Below, piece after piece: positions 9,616 to 19,700 of a stretch of 64,000 nt of DNA. The notes beneath the pieces are model-generated. The model had not been told where the DNA came from and did not search any database. It saw only the letters and a list, made by a program, of their open reading frames with translations. The position numbers and the translations under genes were made by a program. Position 1 is the first letter of the stretch, and the number at the start of each line of letters is the position of its first letter. Source of the stretch: Porphyridium purpureum (Eukaryota); contig VRMN01000001.1 of NCBI GenBank assembly GCA_008690995.1, forward strand, positions 1,302,001-1,366,000, in the 5' to 3' direction.

Positions 9616-12600
9616 TCACTCCGGGCGAAGCACAAACACGCCATCATTGGCGCCAACTTGCGTGAACGGTTCTGGGAACGTAAAGACATACGGCAAATCA
9701 TTCATCACTCCTCGCTTATCATTTGCCATGTAGTATTCAATTTCAAAGTCGATTCCCGGGATCACAAATGAGTGAAAGTCCATCGAGGTATCCGTCGTCA
9801 CTCGTGCAGCTATGCTCCGATACAGCCTTCGAATTAACGACGACGGTCCCTTGTCCCGGCTGATGAGGCGTGACGCCCGACGCGAACTCGGAAGCAATAC
9901 GTTGCCGTCTCCGGACCGATATAATGCGATCGCCGTCATGCCCAGTTCTTGTCGGAGATAAATCGAGAGTTCTCGAAAGCTTCTCGACTCACCAAAGGAA
10001 TCGACAAGCCAGTTCGTGGGAACTGATATGCAATCAATGACGCAATTTTTCAGCATTATCTTGGATTCTTCTGAGTGCATGGCGTGGCGCGAAGCACCGA
10101 GCAGAGTCATGACAAAGTCGCTGAGACCCGGAGTGCACATGCTTCTGACCAAAATAGAAAGCAGCTTTGCGCGATAAAGGAGTTCGCCCGCAGCAACGCG
10201 TGGCTTGCCTGGTACGGCTCTCCGTCTTGTGTGGACGTCGTCAGGAACTTCAAGACCTAACGACGTCTTGTAACGATTACGCCGCGACATGGAGCCCAGT
10301 GATTGTCCGTCGTTGTTCAGCCGCAGCGCCGCTGGTAGCTGGGAACCAAGCCGGGCGCCTTTCCTCCGCGGATACGAAGCATACTCTGCCACGGAGCGAG
10401 ACAACGGATTCACCAGCTCGGCGAGGACGAAAAGATTCGCTGTCCGCCGAACAATGGAATCAATAGTGACAATCGATAAGAGCGAAGCAGAGTCTGAGAA
10501 AGATGATGGAGATGGGTCGGCGACTCGGGGAGAAAATAAGACGGCTGCCGACGCTGTCAGTATATTGGCTTCGTACCAGCTTCGTGGATCACACGGCTCG
10601 CCATGTAAAGTTTGTACTGCATACACACGAGCAAGTCGGCTTACGGTTGTCTCGTCCACGTCATGGTGCATGAGGAGAACGCGCTTAATGTCCTTATTCC
10701 CATCTGCTGATGACAGCCGCAAGCAATCCAAAAAGTGCTCGCACGGCGGGAGAGCGTCGTTTCCACACACCGCTACCACAATATGATTTTCCTGTTCAGA
10801 AGCTCGCGCCACTGATGAGCGTCGACGTCTTGGACTGTTTTGCTGGAGACCCATAGCCATCACCTGTCCAACAGGGGAATGAACAGATGCCTGCTCATCT
10901 TGTCCCAGACTATACATGTTGCGCGGAGATCCAACCACGGAGAGAGCCGCTTCGCCTCCGAACTGTACCGAACGGCGGTGTTCCGGCTCTGTTTCGCTGC
11001 CTTGCTCTTTCGGGCGTTTCGGTGAACATAGGACTTGATCAGACGAAGCCATCACTTCAGACGAGTGCGCTCGTTGTACTTCCTTCGTTACGACCTGGTC
11101 TTCTTCATCATGCCTGGCGGCTCGGGCGACGTCGTCCGTCTCGTGGACATCCACATTCAACATGGCGCGACGCACAAGATCCGTATCAAGATAAGACATA
11201 ATGACCAGAAAGCCGTGCTTCCCTAACACCGTGTCCTGACGCGCGAATTGCATAGGTTGGAAAAACGATTCTCTATAAGCCAGTGGCACCACTCCTGCGT
11301 CAGACAGCTGCTGGAAAAATGAGCTCAGAATCACGCCTTCCCACGATTCTGGTACGGGCACGTCAAGAAGCCGCACTTCACTGCCCAGAAGATACTCTCG
11401 CACCCAAGGAAGACTGCTGCCTCCATCTTGCGCCGCATCGTTATCGGGATCACAGCTCATCAGGTTGAGAAGAAGTGTGAGGATACCGTTGGTCGCAATA
11501 GACCGGGCCTGAAATACGGCTACGAGTTCATCAATCGAGATTACTTCATGACCGACCACATTGATCATCATTTCTGTGTCCCGATCGCTCCGCAACATCG
11601 CATTGTCACTGTGCAGCTTATAGTCGCGCTGCATCTTGAAAGAAAGATCCTCCAGCGAGCTCTGGTCGAAAGCCAAAGGCTGAATTCGCGAAGCGTCATA
11701 AGCATGAGTCTTACCGTGGCGCTGACGGAGCATAGTGTAAACACTGACGTCCGGCTTGAGCTGGCGGATGCTCATTACGAGCAAAAGCGTATCTGCGTCG
11801 GCCTGCTGGGCCTCGATGTGAGACATGGAAGAAATGACAATGAACGCTAGCGCACGATTGCCGTCCATCCGGTGAAAATCGACCGCGTTCCGGACGTCAC
11901 CACGAAACACCTGTACATGCCATCGATTACGGTCAAACTGAGAGCGCATGGCGTGAAGCTGCTGTTTGGTCCACACTTCATTCTCCGTGAGAAAAACAAG
12001 CTCCTGATCGCTTCTACTTGCGTCACCGAGAACCTCTTTCACCAGAATTTCGGCGAGCGAGGCGTCAAGATTGCGACTGCACACCACGACATGGCGAAGA
12101 CCAAGCTTAGCCCTGTACTCCCCTGAACCTTGCACGCGCCGAGATTGTACAGAAATGTCGTGCAGCAGCGCACTGAACAAGAAGACGCCTACGACGATGA
12201 CAAATATCATGAATACCTTGCCAATGTAGGTCTCTGGAACGAAGTCGCCGTATCCAACGGTGGCCAGTGTTACCACGGTGAAGTAGAGGCCATTAAACCA
12301 CCGCCACGACCCGAGTTGTTCAAACCAACTCCTTGAATATGCACCATTGTTTTGCACGGGCCCAAGTTTCTCAAACAGACTGATAGTAGAAGTGCACATT
12401 ACGACCAGTACAAAGGCGCGGAACAAGCTGCGCACACCAAACTCGGTGACGGGGTCGAGCTGGACTCGGGACTTTTTGAGAATTTGCAGGAACTGCTGGT
12501 AAGCTGCGTACGACGCAAAGTAACTGAGATTCTGCGACTGCTGGTACTTGGAGCCTATCGCCGACACCATGGCCCATAGTTCGAACAGGGTCCTAGGCTG

Positions 12601-13176
12601 CAGCGCAAACAAAAGCAAGTGTTCAGAGACAAGCATTCTGCCAAGAAAGTCGACGGCCAAAGTGACACCCAAGGCGGCCTGCGTCCAGCGAATCCAATTC
12701 GGAAGAATTACAGTGTATGTTCCCGTGATATACAAGCCAGTCATCAACCAGCCACACACAAACGAAATGGCCGAGAACGAGACCGAGCGCTCCGAATACC
12801 ACGCCGCGAACTTTCTCTTCCGGTGCGCCAAGTGCTCCCATGGCAAAGTACCAGCCTGCGTCGCGTCATGGTGGGTGTACATGTGATTCAACGACGTGGT
12901 TGGCGGATGCGCGGAGTTTCGCCCAAAATTCAGCTTGCTTTGCAAGGCCGACGAGGAGTCTTGGCGCGCGCGAATGTGTATGCGCAGGAGTGTACGCAGG
13001 AGCTGCACCACAATGACTGCCATCCAAACATAGAGCCCAATCAGAAACAGCGGCTTGAACCCCTGCCACGTGGGTTGCGTCTTCTCGTCCAGCGGGCCAA
13101 GCAACGTCTCCAATTCCTCTTCGATGTCCTGCGGCAAATCGCCCCGCCGCGCCGTCGTAGCGCCGGGCTCTCCCAT
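9616..13176 (-). CDS. BK/Slo-like potassium channel with RCK domains
   Basis: Multiple hydrophobic helices, pore YFTVVTLATVGYGDFVP, two RCK-like starts (HVVVCS; HIVVAVCG) and C-terminal YVFTFP. First in-frame ATG at 13176. Confidence 0.88.
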   Translation of the reverse strand: MGEPGATTARRGDLPQDIEEELETLLGPLDEKTQPTWQGFKPLFLIGLYVWMAVIVVQLLRTLLRIHIRARQDSSSALQSKLNFGRNSAHPPTTSLNHMYTHHDATQAGTLPWEHLAHRKRKFAAWYSERSVSFSAISFVCGWLMTGLYITGTYTVILPNWIRWTQAALGVTLAVDFLGRMLVSEHLLLFALQPRTLFELWAMVSAIGSKYQQSQNLSYFASYAAYQQFLQILKKSRVQLDPVTEFGVRSLFRAFVLVVMCTSTISLFEKLGPVQNNGAYSRSWFEQLGSWRWFNGLYFTVVTLATVGYGDFVPETYIGKVFMIFVIVVGVFLFSALLHDISVQSRRVQGSGEYRAKLGLRHVVVCSRNLDASLAEILVKEVLGDASRSDQELVFLTENEVWTKQQLHAMRSQFDRNRWHVQVFRGDVRNAVDFHRMDGNRALAFIVISSMSHIEAQQADADTLLLVMSIRQLKPDVSVYTMLRQRHGKTHAYDASRIQPLAFDQSSLEDLSFKMQRDYKLHSDNAMLRSDRDTEMMINVVGHEVISIDELVAVFQARSIATNGILTLLLNLMSCDPDNDAAQDGGSSLPWVREYLLGSEVRLLDVPVPESWEGVILSSFFQQLSDAGVVPLAYRESFFQPMQFARQDTVLGKHGFLVIMSYLDTDLVRRAMLNVDVHETDDVARAARHDEEDQVVTKEVQRAHSSEVMASSDQVLCSPKRPKEQGSETEPEHRRSVQFGGEAALSVVGSPRNMYSLGQDEQASVHSPVGQVMAMGLQQNSPRRRRSSVARASEQENHIVVAVCGNDALPPCEHFLDCLRLSSADGNKDIKRVLLMHHDVDETTVSRLARVYAVQTLHGEPCDPRSWYEANILTASAAVLFSPRVADPSPSSFSDSASLLSIVTIDSIVRRTANLFVLAELVNPLSRSVAEYASYPRRKGARLGSQLPAALRLNNDGQSLGSMSRRNRYKTSLGLEVPDDVHTRRRAVPGKPRVAAGELLYRAKLLSILVRSMCTPGLSDFVMTLLGASRHAMHSEESKIMLKNCVIDCISVPTNWLVDSFGESRSFRELSIYLRQELGMTAIALYRSGDGNVLLPSSRRASRLISRDKGPSSLIRRLYRSIAARVTTDTSMDFHSFVIPGIDFEIEYYMANDKRGVMNDLPYVFTFPEPFTQVGANDGVFVLRPE

Positions 13177-14100
13177 TTCTACAAGGTGAGCATGCCTCAC
13201 GCTTCATCAATCACTCCGTCCCAGTCATCAAGCCTGATCCTCGACCTACACTTCTGCGTGTCTCCTTCCCTCCACGCGGGCGCGTCCGCATGCACCTTTT
13301 CTCAGGCACCGAGCGCAAGCGGTCAAGGCAGTTGAAACGGCAGGCGATAAACTGTACCGCCGCGAATTCTGCTATAAAAGCAGCCTGTTTTATTGTATCA
13401 AAACGTGCTCGATCACGCTCCATCTCAGGGGGGTACACGCGCGTGGGCTTGTTGCGCAGCAGCTGCAGTAGCGTGAGGATTGGAACGGAAAGTGAACGGG
13501 CCACGATGAGTATTGATGGCAGTTGGGCAACCTTCTTGGGCAGACTGAAGTCATCGAGCTCTCAACCGCATAGGCGCCGCGCTTGGCGCATACATGCGAA
13601 AGGCTGGACATGCGCAGCTGTGCGCAAGAGCTCAGTATTCTAAGATTGTCCTTCTAAGGATTTTCACCGACCACAGTGCCAGCACCACAGGCAAGCGAGC
13701 ATGAACATTGATCTGTGCAGGTCCTCCGCCTTTCCCCCATTTCCTTACACCACGTCACGTCACGCCGCACCACACCGCACAGCAAGACGGAATGACCTCT
13801 GTCCGTAACAAGCTTTCGCCTTGTCGCCAACACCGTTCCATTCCACTGCTCTTGCTGGGAGTTGAAGAACATTAAGTTGTGAGGAGCTCAGGCCACTCCC
13901 TCGCTGCGAGTTGTGCACCTTCCAGATCCCATGGCCCGGCCTTTGTCGTTGACCGGGCACGGAAAACGTATCAATCACCCGAGCCGTCCCGTACCAACTT
14001 GGACGAGCGCGAGCGAGCGCCCGTCCTGTCCATGATCAAGGAATCGAAGACACACTAGCCCGTCAAGGCCTGCATTTTGCGCAGAGAACCTTGTCGAGCC

Positions 14101-15432
14101 ATGGGAGTATGGTACGTGCACGCGGGCTTTGTCGGCACAGCTGCGGACAAAAACATGGCGCGTTCCTGGCCAAGGTGCTTCAGACGTGATCGTTGTTGCC
14201 GTCAAAGGCGAGAACGACAAAAATGGCAAACTGGTCATGATGTACGAATACAGCGCAGTCAGGGAAGATCGACGCATCGAGATGCACTCCCTGGTCCATC
14301 TACCGCGCCTTTAGCCGAGATGGAAGGCGGAATAGACCGGTTTCTCCAAGTACGGGTGGATGAAAACGGATCGACGGTGCAGCTTCAAGCGGCTCGCGTC
14401 CTGCTTCAGCGAAAGAGACAAGACGGCACCACTCAGCACCTGAGTTTGTTTTCGCTAGTGCACGTGGCTGAACCGATATACTATCGTCTGATTCGACAGG
14501 AGATTGAACATTCAGACCGCGTGTACTGCGAATTGATCGCGCGAACTCGCAGCATACGGTTCAAGTCTGAAACGCTGCGCTTGTCAACTGAACCTTTGTT
14601 CCCAACTCTTCAAGCACGGCAGCTCGCAGCTCAATACGGGCTAGTCTGCCAACTCGATGAGCTCGACCCATACGCTCTGGGTTTCTTCGTTGCAGATATG
14701 ACACACGAAGAGCTGGCAGCAAGCCTCGGTGCTTCATGGCAGCAAGAATTTCGAGACCGATCAAGGCTTATGGAAGCGATCCAGGCATGCTGGCGCCCTC
14801 GCTGGGAACCATCTCCTTCCGTGTGGAGTCGTGGCGCGCGTGCATTACTGTGGCTTCTGCCTGGACCTGAGCTCCCGCTGATTCTCTTCGACTGGATTTT
14901 GCAAGGCGGACAGCCGGCGCCGATCCTCACTGCACTTCTTGATGCATTTACTCGATTCGACCTGTTGGCGGTGCGTCGGCTCGTATTTGCCCAGCTGCTG
15001 GTGTCCGAGCAGAAGCGTGCCGGTCTGCGAAAGGACCTCCTCGTGCGCAACACGCGTGCGATCCGTGTGGTGTCTGCTGACCAGTCAAGCGAGCGCGTGG
15101 CGCTACTTTATGGGGCTATGCACATGCCAGACTTGGTGCAGCGTCTTGTTTCTGAAGAAGGTTTTCGAGTTGTTGAATGCAGCTGGGATTCCGTGTGGAG
15201 CGTCATGTCAAGGTCGGAGCTGAATCTTGGCACTGCCCGCTTTCTAGCTTTTGCAGTACCTGCGTATCTGAGCCTAGATGCACTGGACTGGGCGGAGCTG
15301 GTGCAGTGGATAGCAAGCGGAAATGTGGAAGAAGCAAGCATCTTCACGGCGCTGTATCTGCTTCGTCACGCCGTGCTCTACATTTTCATCGCCAACTGGG
15401 CTTTGGATTGGAGCAAGCGCCTCTTCGACTGA
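14101..15432 (+). CDS. TraB/GumN-like family protein with C-terminal membrane helices, possibly plastid-targeted
   Basis: SLVHVAEPIYY...DRVYCELI, RN...A and ALLYGAMHMPDL resemble TraB-like metal-site motifs. N-terminus has AGFV and is Arg-rich. Confidence 0.6.
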   Translation: MGVWYVHAGFVGTAADKNMARSWPRCFRRDRCCRQRRERQKWQTGHDVRIQRSQGRSTHRDALPGPSTAPLAEMEGGIDRFLQVRVDENGSTVQLQAARVLLQRKRQDGTTQHLSLFSLVHVAEPIYYRLIRQEIEHSDRVYCELIARTRSIRFKSETLRLSTEPLFPTLQARQLAAQYGLVCQLDELDPYALGFFVADMTHEELAASLGASWQQEFRDRSRLMEAIQACWRPRWEPSPSVWSRGARALLWLLPGPELPLILFDWILQGGQPAPILTALLDAFTRFDLLAVRRLVFAQLLVSEQKRAGLRKDLLVRNTRAIRVVSADQSSERVALLYGAMHMPDLVQRLVSEEGFRVVECSWDSVWSVMSRSELNLGTARFLAFAVPAYLSLDALDWAELVQWIASGNVEEASIFTALYLLRHAVLYIFIANWALDWSKRLFD

Positions 15433-15561
15433 GGCTGCTGATGTCGATTGTTAGATTGAATCAGAATAAGGGCCCTTTGAATATAGTATACAGCTATGCT
15501 AGTAGGCGCGCCAAGCTTCTTTTTGAACTCGTGCCTTGGATCGTGATCCTGCTCTTTGCAT

Positions 15562-16110
15562 TCACCACTTGTCTGTGATTTGACTGTGCAGCTCCATGGG
15601 CCGATACCGCAGTGATGAATGGCGGACTGCTGCATGCAGCAGAATGAGGAGGGTCACAACAAGGAAATGCTTGACTAAGCTAAACAATATGCCCGTGCAC
15701 AGAGGCAAGACGATCGACATCACACCCATGAACAAGAAGCGCTCGTGGCGCTTGACGCGCCGGTTGCGGACAATAATAGGCGTGGTGCCTGTCGCTGTGA
15801 CCCATCCTGTGATGAGGACTGTGAGCTCAATGGCGCTCCATGGCCGCTCCAAAAGGAACATGATCAACGATAACGCGTAGAGAATAATGTAGTTGGTCTG
15901 AAAGTAGTTGAGGTTCAGGTACACACGGTTCCATACCGCGTGCGGGTCGCGAACATTCGGCATCGTAAACCTTTCCAAAAACTCACGCCACGTGCGCGGC
16001 GGCAGTCGATAATCACGGTCGGTGATTTCGCGCCGCGCTTCCGCCGCCCAATACATGACGCGGCCGCGCCATCCGCCGGACTGCCCTGCAAGTATCTCCT
16101 CCGCTTCCAT
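15562..16110 (-). CDS. PRA1 family (prenylated Rab acceptor) protein
   Basis: PPRTWREF, RVYLNLNYFQTNY, two hydrophobic hairpins, LLHAAVR. Confidence 0.88.
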   Translation of the reverse strand: MEAEEILAGQSGGWRGRVMYWAAEARREITDRDYRLPPRTWREFLERFTMPNVRDPHAVWNRVYLNLNYFQTNYIILYALSLIMFLLERPWSAIELTVLITGWVTATGTTPIIVRNRRVKRHERFLFMGVMSIVLPLCTGILFSLVKHFLVVTLLILLHAAVRHSSLRYRPMELHSQITDKW

Positions 16111-16219
16111 AGAGGTCCCTTCCCTTACGACGCGCCTGGCGCGCGTGACTGGTCTCTATTGATTTTGCCTCTATGCTGTCCCTCACCTTGAGTTCCATTT
16201 TCTCGCTCGACAAGACGAT

Positions 16220-16867
16220 TTATTGTTGTTCGTAGCAGATCGCACCGGGAAGCGAGTTAGTAAAATAGAGATACGCGTAATCGGCGAGAAAGATGAAAAG
16301 CAGCAAGTACCAGATACCCTCTGCGGCACCGACCAGGCCATACGGGCCCGCCGGGAGGCCCTTACCTGTTTTAAATTTGGTGTATGCCGAGTACGCCACG
16401 ACGCCTAACATGACCAGAAAGCCCACGCCTTCAGCCGCTCCGTACAGCCCTCCGGGCCCAGGAGGCAGGCCGCAGCCAGTCTGGAAAAGATGTAGCTCGC
16501 TCGCAATGACGGCCGGCAAGGCCACCGCCGACGCCGCCAGAATCAGCTTTTCCGCCAGCGAGGTCTGCGAGCCCGGCGCACCCTCCGGCTCCGGCGCTCC
16601 TCCTTGAGACGCGTAACAAATGCCCCGCCGACGAGCATGGACGCGCGGCCCACTTCCACGCCGCCACGGCCTGCGCGTACCAGAACGGCATGCACTTGCG
16701 GCGTGCACACGGATCTGATCGAGTCCACTAGCGCCGAGCAGGACGTCCGGCGGCGCCAGAGCGGAGCGGCGATTCACACCAGCATGCTGCTGCGCGATCC
16801 GCACATCCACCTCTCGAACAGCTCTACCGCCACCCGCCGCACACACAAACGCCAGCGCAGCCATCAT
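16220..16867 (-). CDS. Uncharacterised plastid-targeted membrane protein with a duplicated GxGLPxGPxGLxGAAEG motif
   Basis: MMAALAFV transit-peptide-like start, three hydrophobic segments and an internal motif duplication. Confidence 0.75.
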   Translation of the reverse strand: MMAALAFVCAAGGGRAVREVDVRIAQQHAGVNRRSALAPPDVLLGASGLDQIRVHAASACRSGTRRPWRRGSGPRVHARRRGICYASQGGAPEPEGAPGSQTSLAEKLILAASAVALPAVIASELHLFQTGCGLPPGPGGLYGAAEGVGFLVMLGVVAYSAYTKFKTGKGLPAGPYGLVGAAEGIWYLLLFIFLADYAYLYFTNSLPGAICYEQQ

Positions 16868-16932
16868 GCACACGTCCCACCTGTTGCCTTTCTTCCTTCG
16901 ACCTCCATCCCCCCGCCCCCAATACGCAAGCC

Positions 16933-16933
<1 letters not shown>

Positions 16934-16961
<28 letters not shown>
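16934..16961. repeat. (CA)14 microsatellite
   Basis: Read directly from the sequence. Confidence 0.95.
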
Positions 16962-16964
<3 letters not shown>

Positions 16965-17270
16965 GCCACCGCCAAACCGGGCGCTGTGCCGATCGCGATC
17001 GATCGCGCGCTGTACCCCAGCCTCGAACACTGAACAATGAACACCGAACACCCCCCATGAAGTGTACACCTGATCAGTTGAGCGAGGTGTACTTGCTGTA
17101 AGTAGATCCCTCATGAACCCTCCTGCCAAATTCGTAGTTGTGAGTTTTGGAGTAGAGCAGGAGGAGTGCGATGAGGAGGATGAAAATGATGGCAATTAGG
17201 ACAGAAAGGGAGAGAGTATCGAGAAGCGAGGAGACAGAAGCTGCTGCTGTATGCGGGTGGGGCGAGGAGT

Positions 17271-18569
17271 ATGAATGAGAGGGCAGAAGAGAAGGAGGAG
17301 GAGGAGAAGGAGAAGCGGAAGGGTTCCGTGAGCGCGGCTCGCGCGGCGCGGGCTGGCGGCGGCAGCGCGATGGGGCCGTACAGTCGGCGTGTGGACCGCG
17401 AGTGGTCCATGGACGGGGCGCTGGCCACGGCGGGGCGTCCGCACCGCTCGACCTCCGAGGGCCCCGTGTCCATGCCGCTCCCGAGGCGCAGGCAGTCCCA
17501 TAACAGCGCGCTCCCGCAACGGCGCGATCGCGGCGAATGGGCTGCGCAGGACGTCGAGCAGGCCGACAAGGCCGCTGCCCGCTCGCCGCTGCGTTCGCCC
17601 GAATTGGCCAGTCCAGCCCCAACGCCAGTCCCAGAATCTGCGCCAAGTGCGATGCGCGTGCCCAAAAAGCCCTCCGAAGGGGCAAGCGTCTCGCTTTCAC
17701 CGCGCATGGCCACGGCCACTGGCAAGGTGAGGGGCGCTTCAAAGACGTCGTCAGAGCCTGCACAGGTGTGCAGCGGCTCGGAATGTGCTGAAACGAATGC
17801 CATGGACGCCACACTGTCGCCGGGAAGTATGTCGCATAGCTCCAGCAGCAGGCCACTGCTGTCACCGTTACCGCCGCCTCCATTAAGTCAGAAGCCCTCT
17901 GGCGCATTCAAAGTGGAGCCGCGCTCACCGTCAGGAAACAGCGCCACGCTTCCTTCTCCCCCGACAGGGCTCTCAAGAAAATTGTCCATGGGTAATCGCT
18001 CCGAGAGTACCGGTGAGCTCTCGCGGAAGCTTTCTCAATTAGGTCTCCGTCGCTCAGAGAGCAGCAGCGGACTGAGCAGGAAGGGTAGTTTTCGCGACAG
18101 CTTCAGAGATCGAGCAAACTCGTTCAGCAAAAAGACGCCCAGGATCACGCTGACAGAGGAAGAGTGGGCAACCAAGCTGTCGGCCTCAGAGTACAAGGTG
18201 ATGCGCGAGAGAAATATGGAAGCGCCGTTCGCCGGAAAGTATGTATACCCGAATCCGGAGAAAGATGGAGTTTTCCTGTGCAAGGGTTGCCTGAACCCTG
18301 TGCTTTCCACAAGACTCCAATTGAACAGTTCAAACGGATGGGCAACATTCTCCGCACCACTGCCGAAAAAGGCAGAGATCGTACCGAACGTACGTGATTT
18401 TGAAGGCGATATTTATGAAGTGCTGTGTGCGACGTGCGGATGCTTCTTTGGATTGCGCAGAACGGAAGAGGGGCGTGTCGAGATTTCATGCCTTGCGCTT
18501 AAATTTCGGTATGTTCTTGAGGAGCAACAGTTGAAGCTTCTCAAGGGCAAAAACCCCGGTGAAATGTAG
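17271..18569 (+). CDS. MsrB/SelR-fold protein (catalytically degenerate) with a long disordered Ser/Pro/Arg-rich N-terminus
   Basis: TEEEWATKLS..EYKVMR..ME.PF.GKY, CKGC, S.NGWATF, EVLCATC, ALKF. The canonical HLGHVF and RYCIN motifs are absent. Confidence 0.8.
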   Translation: MNERAEEKEEEEKEKRKGSVSAARAARAGGGSAMGPYSRRVDREWSMDGALATAGRPHRSTSEGPVSMPLPRRRQSHNSALPQRRDRGEWAAQDVEQADKAAARSPLRSPELASPAPTPVPESAPSAMRVPKKPSEGASVSLSPRMATATGKVRGASKTSSEPAQVCSGSECAETNAMDATLSPGSMSHSSSSRPLLSPLPPPPLSQKPSGAFKVEPRSPSGNSATLPSPPTGLSRKLSMGNRSESTGELSRKLSQLGLRRSESSSGLSRKGSFRDSFRDRANSFSKKTPRITLTEEEWATKLSASEYKVMRERNMEAPFAGKYVYPNPEKDGVFLCKGCLNPVLSTRLQLNSSNGWATFSAPLPKKAEIVPNVRDFEGDIYEVLCATCGCFFGLRRTEEGRVEISCLALKFRYVLEEQQLKLLKGKNPGEM

Positions 18570-18687
18570 GATCACCTGTGCGGTCGTAAGCGGGGCTTGT
18601 TTAGTTGGGACACGGCCTTCGACTTAGCGGCATTGGGAGTACAGAAGGACGATATAGAGTACTAGCAGAAGCGCGGATAAATTCATA

Positions 18688-19597
18688 TCATTCAGCGAAG
18701 CGGCCGATGTAAAGGCGGGCCAAACTGCGTGCTGCGGCTTCCGGGTCTTCTGCATCCATGATAGCGGATATCACAGCGACTCCAGACGCACCGGCCTGGA
18801 TGCAAGCTTCTGCGTTGGCAGAGGATATCCCTCCAATCGCCACAACAGGTAAGCGGAGCAATCGACACGAATCGATGATCTGCTCAAGACCAGCTACACC
18901 GATCGGGTCTCCAGCGTCGCTTTTGGATGTCGTCCCAAAGACGCTCCCGACTGAAAACGGAAGGGACAGCCAGAGACGGAGAGGGAAATATAGTAAGCTC
19001 GACGGGATTAGTTTCATTTTCCAGCAGCAGGAACAGCGGGGCCTTCCACCCATGCTAGCTTGCTTCTCTAAAGTCCAATTGAACAAGGAACTTACCTCCC
19101 ACGTAGTCTGCCGAGTCGCGACTGGCCTGTACAGCTTCTTCGACGGTACCCGCCGAGACACCCAGAACGCGGTCCAGTCCAATCAGGCGTCGCACGTCCG
19201 CGGCCGAGAGATCGTCTTGGCCGACATGCACACCATCCGCATCGATGGCGAGGGCCACATCTACACGATCATTCACGAGCAATTTGGCGCGGTATGCATG
19301 CACCAAGCGCTTCAGGCGGCGACCTGTTCGCACCAAGTCGCGCGCACACATATTCTTCTCGCGCAGTTGCACAATCGATACGCCGCCCTGTAGCGCTTGC
19401 TCGACGGCAAGGAAAGCGCGCTCATTGAGGGCACCAGAGCTGTCGGCGAGCCCGTTTGTCACCAGATACACAGCCAGCTCGCTTGGTTCCACCCTGGGTG
19501 GACGCTCCGGCGCAGACACGAATCGGCATACGCTTGAGCTCGATAATCTTGGTCTTTGGCGCCGCGCCGCCAGTGCGCACGTCTGAAACCCAAGCAT
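18688..19597 (-). CDS. thiE: Thiamine-phosphate synthase, 2 exons (19597-19096, 18950-18688), with transit peptide
   Basis: VQLREK, VNDRVDVA, GVHVGQDD and VVAIGGI, GVAVISAI. Splicing restores ADYVG(V)GSVFGTTSK. Confidence 0.93.
18951..19095 (-). other. Spliceosomal intron, 145 nt
   Basis: GTAAGT donor at 19095, ACTAAT branch-like site at ~19012-19007, pyrimidine tract and TTTTCAG acceptor at 18951. Removal joins two ThiE ORFs in frame. Confidence 0.92.
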
Positions 19598-19700
19598 CGT
19601 ACGCGCTTCTCGCTAGCACTTCTCACACGACGCGATTCTCGTCAACGAATTTGAAGACCCTTTTACTTTTTCTGACGAGAAAGCGTCGATGTGTTCACTG

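Noticed and set aside
13211..14076. Short ORFs between the channel and the TraB-like gene
   Set aside because: No recognisable motifs and mostly non-ATG starts; more likely a divergent promoter/UTR.
18951..19095. TPP riboswitch in the thiE intron
   Set aside because: No CUGAGA or other TPP aptamer core is visible in the intron on the coding strand.
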